Shown: in pieces, positions 33,938 to 40,470 of the stretch
Numbering within the stretch: the first letter of the stretch is position 1
Layout: every line of letters begins with the position of its first letter
From: a virus
Taxonomy: Duplodnaviria > Caudoviricetes
IMG/VR virus record: IMGVR_UViG_3300037722_001734
Span: 1 to 40,470 of that record
Reading direction: 5' to 3' (one strand)
DNA: 40,470 nucleotides
Position numbers and translations under genes: made by a program
The notes under the pieces: model-generated
Told to the model about the DNA's origin: nothing
The model's input: the letters and a program-made list of their open reading frames with translations, nothing else
The model's database searches: none

Positions 33938-34237
33938 CTAAAACAACGTCAGCTGCGTCGCTTTTTGGGGCTGCCCGGGCCGCTGGCCAGCGCCGCGCAG
34001 GGCCCCAAACCCGGCCGGCGGCGGCGGGATCTCGCTCCGCCAGGCCCGCCGCGGCGGGTCGCACCGCTCGCAGTGGACCACCAGGTACTGGTCCCGCCAG
34101 GCCAGCCTCTGGCCGCAGCGGCCGCAGTCGCCGGTCAGCCAGGCCGCGAACCGGGGCTGGCCGTCATACCCCTGCGGCGGCGGCGGCGCCTCGGCCGGCC
34201 GGGGCGGCGGCCAGCCCTCGTGCTTCACGATTCGCAT
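33938..34237 (-). CDS. Zinc-ribbon protein
   Basis: CGRC...CERC, GGGAGG RBS, C-terminal QLTLF (clamp-binding-like). Confidence 0.6.
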   Translation of the reverse strand: MRIVKHEGWPPPRPAEAPPPPQGYDGQPRFAAWLTGDCGRCGQRLAWRDQYLVVHCERCDPPRRAWRSEIPPPPAGFGALRGAGQRPGQPQKATQLTLF

Positions 34238-34572
34238 AACCAGTTAGACTACCTCCCGGCCCTGGGACCCCTGCCCCTTCCCGCTCCTCGCGCCGGGCCA
34301 GGCCCGGCCGGGCTGAGCCGGGGCCGGACCGGAAAGGGGCAGGGAGGGGAACGACTGTTCTGGGGGGAGTGTAGTCTAACTGGTTACACGAATCAAGTCG
34401 GCTTGGGGCTTTTGTGGGGGGCAGCCTGGCTGAAATCCGGCCCCAACGGTTGGGGCTGCGAACCGCCGCCCCAGGGGCGATATCTAGCCCCAACGGGACC
34501 GAGGGGGTTTACAAAGTTTACACTTTTGGGGCCTGGAGCCGGGTCTCGATGCCGGCGCGCCGGCCCCAACTG

Positions 34573-35133
34573 TCAGCTAGTTTTGGGGTTCGTCTTGCGC
34601 CGGCGCCACAGCTCGCGCCACTTCCGGCGCTGCGCCTCCTTCTCCGCTTCCGATTTCCCTTGCCACCACGCCCGGCGCTGGTTGCGCCGCCAGGCCCGGT
34701 GGGCGCGCTGCTCGTCCGGGGTCAACCGGTTGACTCGCAGGCCACGTCCGAGTTTCTCGATGGCGCTGTGCAGGATCGGGTCGTCGGTATGGACGCGGGG
34801 CCGAGATAACTTCTCGCGGGCCTCATCGTCCAGGGCCGGGTTGCGCCAGGTTCCGGCCTCGACCTCGGCCTTGCGGGCCAGGCTCACGCCGGCGCTGATG
34901 TTGGCCGGGTCGGGCTTGTTGATGGTGGCCGGGTTGACCCACTGGCCGTGAGCGACGCGCAGCCGGGCCTGGCGGCCTCGCTCCTCGGCCCCGGCCCGGC
35001 TGTTGGCCGTATTCCGGCAGTCGCGGGAGCAATGGAGGCGGGGAGACCCCTTGCTGGTGTAGTCGCCCAGGTGCGGCGGGATCTCCCCGCCGCACTGATC
35101 GCAGATGCCGAGGGCGGCGGTTTTGGTGGTCAC
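34573..35133 (-). CDS. Zn-finger, basic DNA-binding hypothetical protein
   Basis: CDQCG..HCSRDCR; NUMOD3-like EAREKLS; GTGA coupling. Confidence 0.65.
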   Translation of the reverse strand: MTTKTAALGICDQCGGEIPPHLGDYTSKGSPRLHCSRDCRNTANSRAGAEERGRQARLRVAHGQWVNPATINKPDPANISAGVSLARKAEVEAGTWRNPALDDEAREKLSRPRVHTDDPILHSAIEKLGRGLRVNRLTPDEQRAHRAWRRNQRRAWWQGKSEAEKEAQRRKWRELWRRRKTNPKTS

Positions 35134-35516
35134 GCCTCACCCCCCAAATCGCCGTCGAACAGCCTGCCTAGTAACTGTTTGCCGACGTTGTCCTGCCAGA
35201 GCTCCCGCTCAAACGCGTGTTTCAGGTCTCTAATGGCCGAGTCGAGGTTGTCCGGCGTGATCGCGTTGTAGCCCAATTTCAGCAACATGTCATTGGCCGT
35301 GTCGCCATCCGAATCATACTGCATCGGACCGACGACAAACAGAGCAGCTGACTGGGCCATGCTTAGCTGGCTTGCGTCTACGGTTGGCCACCAGATCAGG
35401 GCATGATCCTGGCCGCAGGCCAGGGCCTGCCCGGTGTCCGTCTCTTTCCAATAAGGTTTGCAGCGGCAGTGCTGCCGGTGACTTTCCCTGGCCTGGTCTG
35501 GCGTTGGTTTACTCAT
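35130..35516 (-). CDS. Hypothetical protein
   Basis: AGGAGG RBS downstream of a TGgTATACT promoter (35560-35568). Confidence 0.65.
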   Translation of the reverse strand: MSKPTPDQARESHRQHCRCKPYWKETDTGQALACGQDHALIWWPTVDASQLSMAQSAALFVVGPMQYDSDGDTANDMLLKLGYNAITPDNLDSAIRDLKHAFERELWQDNVGKQLLGRLFDGDLGGEA

Positions 35517-35613
35517 CGCGTGTTCCCTCCTGGCCCTCGGGCCTAATTTGCCTAATCTCAGTATACCAAATGGCTGGAAAATTAACGTGAATCCAACCTT
35601 AAAATCGGTCCGA

Positions 35614-35730
35614 TCAATACACCCAGCCCGGCGAGTCCGGCCCGGCCCGGCCCTTGCAATAGACCTCGGCCTCGAGCTCGACCCGGACCACGTAGTTAAG
35701 CGGGGAGAGGGTCTCGATGCTGGCTCTCAT
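35614..35730 (-). CDS. Very small hypothetical protein (38 aa)
   Basis: ATGA-coupled, AGGAG RBS; MRASIETLSPLNYVVRVEL... Confidence 0.4.
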   Translation of the reverse strand: MRASIETLSPLNYVVRVELEAEVYCKGRAGPDSPGWVY

Positions 35731-36164
35731 GCCGGCGTCTCCTGATCCAGTAGCTCCTCGACGACCTCGCTGACAACGCGACCGTCGGGGAGCTTGCAGC
35801 CCATGGTCAGCGGGTCGCCCACCTGGGGTGGCCGGGACTCGTCCCAGCTGAGTAGCAGCGCCCGCAGTACCGCCACGTCCTCCGGAAACAACGAGAACTG
35901 GTAGCCGCCGCCCAGGTCGATCACGGTGATGGTCATCAGGTCCTCCAACCGGACCTCGATTTCCCGGCGCAGCGTGATATCGAGGCGGTCCTGGTCTGGG
36001 GTGCCTGCGATGGTGTTGGCCGCTGCCGTGGTCAGCAGATATTGAACAAACGAGGGGGTCCACCCGCTTGCCAGTTCCTCGGGGTTGTCCGGCCTGCTGT
36101 TGACCAGATCGTTGGTTAGTTCGATCAGTAGTTCTCGCGTGAATTCGTCGATAAAACTAGGCAT
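35727..36164 (-). CDS. Hypothetical protein
   Basis: AGGAGG RBS before ATG at 36164. Confidence 0.65.
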   Translation of the reverse strand: MPSFIDEFTRELLIELTNDLVNSRPDNPEELASGWTPSFVQYLLTTAAANTIAGTPDQDRLDITLRREIEVRLEDLMTITVIDLGGGYQFSLFPEDVAVLRALLLSWDESRPPQVGDPLTMGCKLPDGRVVSEVVEELLDQETPA

Positions 36165-37953
36165 TGACTTCCTCCTGTTGTTGTTGTACAAGCTGCTCCA
36201 CCGAATCGAGCCAGGTCTCTATCGACTCCAACCGGTCCGCCGGTATCTGGTCGATCAGCCGGACCAGCCGCTCCAGCAGCTGCTCGCGTTTGCCGGCCTC
36301 CTCCCGGGCCGGCGCCGCCTGCTCCGGCAGTATCGTTTGCTGCAAACCGGTCTGCGCTTTGATATCGGCCCGCAGCGCCCGCAGGTTGGACCAGGTGGCG
36401 TGGCAGGCCGGGCAGATCAGCCCCCCGCCGCGGTGATGTTTTTCCACGCCTGGCTGCCGGCAGCGGGGGCACTCCAGCGGCTTCGGGCCGGTCAGGAGAT
36501 GCAACTCGACCAGGCACGTGGCGCAGATCATCTTGTCGAACGAGTCAACCGAGTACCGCGCCCCGGGCGGGAATGTGTCGCCGCAGCGACCGCAGCCCCA
36601 GTTACCGCGCATGTTGTGCTCGACGGCCTCAAACCGCCGCACCGCCCGCCGGATCTGCTCCCCGGTCGGGAAACTGGCCAGAACCCTGGCCCGGGCCACG
36701 GCCTCGGCGATGGTCAGCAGCCCGGGGGTTGGCCTGGCCAACTCCTCTTTTTTGGCCCGGGCCTCGTTGCCGAGGTCAAGGCGGAACTGCCGGTATTCGT
36801 CCTGGTACGTCACCAAATCGGGCCAGGCGGCGCCACATGCCGTACACTCGACACCGTCGTCGCCGGGCCTCAAGTAGACCCTGTCGCTTATGCACTTATG
36901 GCATGGGTGGGCCGTATGGTCGCTTGTTACGCCTATCTCCGTGTCGCCCTTCGGCAGCACCCAACCTCCCGGCTCTCCGGTTTCTTCTTCTTCTTCTTCT
37001 TCTTCTTCTTCTTCTTCCGAAGGCGGCGTCCTGAGCCAGTCGGTTGGCGCCGCCTCCTCGCCGCAGTGTACGCACGGCAGTAGCGGTTCGCTCAGATCGT
37101 ACAGATCTATGACCGAGAACTTATTGAGCCCACCACAGGTCGAGCAGTACCTGATCCCATAGTCGCCCGGTTCGACGTCGGCCAGCAGTGCCTGCAACTG
37201 CTCTTTCTGCATCTGCCGCAGAATATCTAGCGCATTAATGATCGCCTGGACGACGTCCCGCTTGCGGCGCGGCCCCGGCAGGATGTCGCCGGTCACCAGC
37301 TCGTCCAGCAGGTAGTCACGCTGGCCGGCCCCGATCTCGACCAGGACGCTGATCTGCGCCCCCGGGCCCGGGTTATGCCGCCCCACCCAGTCCAGCAGCG
37401 GGCGCTGCAGGTCGAGCACGGAGACCCAGGCCGGCTGCTGGCTGCCAATCTGGGCGGTGTTGATTTGGCGGCCATCGGCCCCGATTCGGGTATCTGACTT
37501 CGGAATTTCCGAAGTCGCCTCGAGTTCGGCCCGGATCCGGGCCACCGTTTTGTCACTGACTCCACAGTGGTGAGCAATCGCGCTGTTGCTCACCCCGGCC
37601 CCCATTTCGTGCCGCAGCGCCATCTCGATGACCCGCTGCTTATCCGCCGTGCTCCGCTTCAGGCCATGCTTCTGGTTGGCGGCCAGGGCCAACCAGGTGG
37701 CCTCCTGGCGCGTTCCTGGCTCCTTTTCGACCGCCAGGATCATGCCGGCGCGCCTGGCGGCCTCGCCGCGATGGTGGCCGTCCCAAACATAGATCCTGCC
37801 GCCGCTGTCCTGGATGGCGCTGACGGGGTCGAATTCGACGCCGCCCCGCATCATGGCTGCGTATTCCTCGACGGTGACTTCGTCCACGTTGGCCCGGGAC
37901 TGAATGAACTCCAGCTCGGCCGGGTCATGGTAGCTGATATTTGTCATGATCAC
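36157..37953 (-). CDS. ParB N-terminal-domain protein with HTH and multiple Zn ribbons
   Basis: QSRA..D..TVEEYA..M, VWDGHHR..AA, NQKHGLKRS.ADK, HTH SNSAIAHHCGVSDKTVARIR; eight CxxC motifs; poly-Glu. Confidence 0.85.
   Translation of the reverse strand: MIMTNISYHDPAELEFIQSRANVDEVTVEEYAAMMRGGVEFDPVSAIQDSGGRIYVWDGHHRGEAARRAGMILAVEKEPGTRQEATWLALAANQKHGLKRSTADKQRVIEMALRHEMGAGVSNSAIAHHCGVSDKTVARIRAELEATSEIPKSDTRIGADGRQINTAQIGSQQPAWVSVLDLQRPLLDWVGRHNPGPGAQISVLVEIGAGQRDYLLDELVTGDILPGPRRKRDVVQAIINALDILRQMQKEQLQALLADVEPGDYGIRYCSTCGGLNKFSVIDLYDLSEPLLPCVHCGEEAAPTDWLRTPPSEEEEEEEEEEEETGEPGGWVLPKGDTEIGVTSDHTAHPCHKCISDRVYLRPGDDGVECTACGAAWPDLVTYQDEYRQFRLDLGNEARAKKEELARPTPGLLTIAEAVARARVLASFPTGEQIRRAVRRFEAVEHNMRGNWGCGRCGDTFPPGARYSVDSFDKMICATCLVELHLLTGPKPLECPRCRQPGVEKHHRGGGLICPACHATWSNLRALRADIKAQTGLQQTILPEQAAPAREEAGKREQLLERLVRLIDQIPADRLESIETWLDSVEQLVQQQQEEVNA
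36982..37017. repeat. (GAA)12 microsatellite encoding poly-Glu
   Basis: 12 uninterrupted TTC units on the plus strand. Confidence 0.95.
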
Positions 37954-38372
37954 AACCCCAACTTATCGTTCATGTACAATTCGGTTAGCCACACTCGCGG
38001 GACGTATTCCCGGCCCGTAATGATCGGATCGCTCCAGCAGGGCTCGCCCGGGTACTGCTCCAGGCACGTGCGGTTGAGGTCGTCCCGCCGCCGCCACCGC
38101 TGCCACATGTGGCAGCGGACTTCCTCGACGCGGACGCCCTCGAAAAACACGTCCGGGGTGCGGCGACCCTCGAGCCGGGCCTGGATCACGAACCAGTCCG
38201 GGGCCAGCTCCAGAAAATCTTCAGCTCCCTGCCAGAATGTTTCATCATTATTACCCCAGTAGCTATCCTTGCAGCAGCCGCCATCGCCCTCCTGGCGCGG
38301 ACAGTCGCTGCACCAGGAGGGCGCAAAGGCGTAATCATCCCAGTAGTGGTATCTGATGCGGTACAGTTTCAT
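37950..38372 (-). CDS. Cys/Trp-rich hypothetical protein
   Basis: AAGGAG RBS before ATG at 38372; GTGA coupling. Confidence 0.6.
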   Translation of the reverse strand: MKLYRIRYHYWDDYAFAPSWCSDCPRQEGDGGCCKDSYWGNNDETFWQGAEDFLELAPDWFVIQARLEGRRTPDVFFEGVRVEEVRCHMWQRWRRRDDLNRTCLEQYPGEPCWSDPIITGREYVPRVWLTELYMNDKLGL

Positions 38373-38373
38373 A

Positions 38374-38604
38374 TTACGTGCTCCTTTCAACTCCTAATAC
38401 CCAGCCTGCCGCCCACCGCAGCAGGCCGCGCCGTTGGGGCTGCGGCCGCGCCGGACCAGGTGACCGGTTGGCCCCAATGGTGAGTTCACTCTCCAGCACC
38501 CGGCGCACATAGTCCCGATTCGCCCTGGGCGCGATTTTGACCATTTGATCATTTGAGAGTATGATGTATGTCACGGAACGCGACCTCCCAATTTGGTCGT
38601 ACAT
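38374..38604 (-). CDS. Hypothetical protein
   Basis: AGGAG RBS; operon context. Confidence 0.5.
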   Translation of the reverse strand: MYDQIGRSRSVTYIILSNDQMVKIAPRANRDYVRRVLESELTIGANRSPGPARPQPQRRGLLRWAAGWVLGVERST

Positions 38605-38665
38605 ACGGCTCCTGGCGGTCCCTCGGTGGTCGAGATTTGCCGTCAGGAGTTTTTTTATTCCTCGC

Positions 38666-38911
38666 TTAGGCCTTGCCCGACCGCACGTCTCGGGCGAACT
38701 GATCCAGCTCCTGGCTGATCCCCTCCATCATCTGCAGGTCGGCCTCGGTGACGTCCTCCTGGTCGGAGGCGCCGTTGACCATCACGGCAAAGAGACGCTG
38801 CGCGCCGGCGTAGAAGGCTCGCCGCATCTCCCGCCGCTGCAGCCGACTGGCCCCGATCGGGATCAGGACTGAGTTCTCGAAGCTGCGCCATTCGTTGTAG
38901 ATTCGTTTCAT
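38666..38911 (-). CDS. Hypothetical protein (first early gene)
   Basis: AAAGGAG RBS; Q.REMRRAFYAGA motif. Confidence 0.75.
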   Translation of the reverse strand: MKRIYNEWRSFENSVLIPIGASRLQRREMRRAFYAGAQRLFAVMVNGASDQEDVTEADLQMMEGISQELDQFARDVRSGKA

Positions 38912-38955
38912 TGCCGATCTCCTTTCGTAATGCCCCTGGGTGGGTCGATGAGTTC

Positions 38956-39045
38956 AGTTTACCACAAGGCAAAACCTCAAGTCAATACCTCAACCTTAAA
39001 ATTTTACCTGTGGGTATTGACTTGAGGTTATTTTGAGTGTAAGAT
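38956..39045. promoter_or_regulatory. Divergent promoter pair / genetic switch
   Basis: Plus strand TTGACT-17-TAAGAT; minus strand TTGACT-18-TAAACT with extended TG. Both -35 boxes lie within a 17-bp inverted repeat. Confidence 0.8.
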
Positions 39046-39086
39046 GAGTTCGTCCCTACGGGGAAATTTTCGGCAAGGAGGTTTCG

Positions 39087-39335
39087 TTGGAAATGAGCGA
39101 CTTGGTGAAGATGATCCAATCTCGACAAGGAGACATGTCAATCGAAGAGTATGCGAATAAGATGGGCTTTCGCGGCGCTACGCTGTTTCGTTACTACAAC
39201 AACGAGCGGGCTGTCGGCCTGAACGTCGTTCGGAAGATGGCGGAGTATTACAGGCGACAGAACGATATCGAAATGCTGCGCGCCCTCGGTTCCTACGCTC
39301 TAGGGTTCGAGGTTCCGGTCCCTTCACCAAACTAA
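39087..39335 (+). CDS. XRE/Cro-like HTH repressor
   Basis: MSIEEYANKMGFRGATLFRYYNNERAVG; AAGGAGG RBS. Confidence 0.8.
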   Translation: MEMSDLVKMIQSRQGDMSIEEYANKMGFRGATLFRYYNNERAVGLNVVRKMAEYYRRQNDIEMLRALGSYALGFEVPVPSPN

Positions 39336-39380
39336 AACAAAATTACCTACCCACCCCGGAGGGTAGATAGGCAATTTTGT
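39331..39380 (-). terminator. Long-stem terminator between convergent genes
   Basis: 20-bp stem (39337-39356 / 39361-39380) that pairs fully on the minus strand with three G-U pairs, then UUUAGU. Confidence 0.7.
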
Positions 39381-39535
39381 AGCCGTTTTCACGACTTCTC
39401 GCAACCACGAGCAATGCTCGCAGCACCAGCCCCTCCCACCGCCGACCAAGCAGCCGGGAAGGGCAAACCAACCGCCGAAGCGGATTGATCACTTATTGAA
39501 CCCCAGGTCATTCCCCAGGGCGGTCTACAACCAAA

Positions 39536-39931
39536 TCACGAACGCAGCTTGACGTAGCCCCCGGCCAGGAGCACCAGCACCAGGCCGGCGCCCAGGACCA
39601 GGACCACTGTGTCCGATCCGCCGGGCAGGACAACGCCGCTGGCCGGCATGTTCTCCGGCTGCGGGGCCGGCTGCGGTGGCCGGGTCGGCTCCGGAGCAGG
39701 TGCGGCCTGCTGCTGCACCGGCGTCGCCGTTGGGGCCGGGGCAGGTTGTCGAACCTCGACCGGGCCGGCGACGCCGCCGTGCGAGCTGCACGTGCCCTGG
39801 CCGGTGGAGGCGCTACACGAGCCGTCAACACACCGGGTCCGGGCATCGGGATGGCTGCAATCGACGATTTGCTGCGGCGGCAGGGCCGCCGCCAGCAGCA
39901 GAACCAGGCAAACAATCGACAAACGGTTCAT
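39536..39931 (-). CDS. Secreted, surface-anchored DUF3761-like protein
   Basis: Signal peptide, C.DG.CS.S...GTCSSHGGV, Pro/Gln linker, MPASG then a TM helix and KLRS tail. Confidence 0.75.
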   Translation of the reverse strand: MNRLSIVCLVLLLAAALPPQQIVDCSHPDARTRCVDGSCSASTGQGTCSSHGGVAGPVEVRQPAPAPTATPVQQQAAPAPEPTRPPQPAPQPENMPASGVVLPGGSDTVVLVLGAGLVLVLLAGGYVKLRS

Positions 39932-40025
39932 TTAACAACTCCTTCGGGCGGTTCACCCCCGTAATTGGGGGGGACCCACTAAGCCAGCGCTCAAGCCGGA
40001 GGATCACACAGGAAGGCTCCGCATT

Positions 40026-40262
40026 ATGTCAAAACGGTACGCCCTTTCAGTCCAGGACGAAAACGGCCAGTACGTACCGGTGGGGGTGTTCTTCGGCGCC
40101 GAGGGCGCCGTGGCCGCCGACTACCTGAGCTTTATCCAGTACGTCCTGGGCGTCCTGCTCGAGGACGTAGATGATCTCGAGCGGGAGGCCAACGCCTCGG
40201 GCCGGACGATCAAACATGGTCAATTTGGCGCCTTTGGCTCCCAGCCGTTAGATCGCGAATGA
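40026..40262 (+). CDS. Hypothetical protein
   Basis: GGAAGG RBS; GC3-rich codons. Confidence 0.5.
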   Translation: MSKRYALSVQDENGQYVPVGVFFGAEGAVAADYLSFIQYVLGVLLEDVDDLEREANASGRTIKHGQFGAFGSQPLDRE

Positions 40263-40470
40263 GCAGCCTGACGTTGATTCGCCAGCTTCCCCTGGCCACG
40301 TCGAGCTGTTGCTTGACCAGCCAGTCCGGGACCTCTGTGTCCCACCGGGCACGGTCCAGGTTGGAAAAGTGGTCGCGCCAGGTCTGGTGAAAAATGGCCA
40401 GACCATCCTGCTCCGAAGCAACTACCCTTGCCTCCAGCAGGCACCTGGCGACCAACTCGCTTTTTTTCAT
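40210..40470 (-). CDS. Hypothetical protein
   Basis: ORF starting at the window edge; plausible composition. Confidence 0.5.
   Translation of the reverse strand: MKKSELVARCLLEARVVASEQDGLAIFHQTWRDHFSNLDRARWDTEVPDWLVKQQLDVARGSWRINVRLLIRDLTAGSQRRQIDHV

Larger units (their letters stand above)
1..40470. mobile_element. Temperate siphovirus prophage (HK97-like head, non-contractile tail)
   Basis: Complete ordered packaging, head and tail modules, integrase, repressor and replication genes. Confidence 0.93.

Noticed and set aside
36085-37083. Plus-strand 332-aa ORF with poly-Phe, and other long antisense ORFs (e.g. 33824-34951, 24098-25078, 14816-15616)
   Set aside because: Shadow ORFs typical of high-GC DNA, opposite well-supported genes. 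The poly-Phe is just the reverse of the GAA tract.
1-40470. attL/attR, tRNA or rRNA genes
   Set aside because: No terminal direct repeat or cloverleaf was recognised by eye. The window is cut exactly at gene boundaries, so att sites probably lie outside it.

Overview
The window is a GC-rich, apparently near-complete temperate siphovirus prophage of about 40 kb. It starts at the integrase stop codon and ends at a start codon, so att sites probably lie just outside. The host is possibly Chloroflexota; this is an inference from protein motifs only. Left arm (1-7880): a tyrosine integrase, an HTH replication initiator with an internal iteron array, and ParA plus a small partner gene followed by an 11-bp tandem array. 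Late operon (minus strand, about 32600 down to 7890): holin-like genes, HNH, TerS, TerL, an Sm-like protein, a portal-MuF fusion, protease, HK97 capsid, head-tail proteins, a tail module with a -1 frameshift chaperone, tape measure and tail tip/fibre. Right arm: an early leftward operon with a ParB-like protein and a LuxR-type regulator, a symmetric divergent promoter switch, an HTH repressor and a surface-anchored moron. The most striking feature is a cassette directly behind the major capsid gene. It encodes three glycosyltransferases, a methyltransferase, a methyltransferase-sulfotransferase fusion, a degenerate glycosyltransferase paralogue and an HhH protein; the last two share a short peptide motif. 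This is a candidate system for building a methylated and sulfated glycan coat on the virion. The element also carries many structured RNA and antisense control elements. All calls come from reading motifs by eye; no database searches were run.
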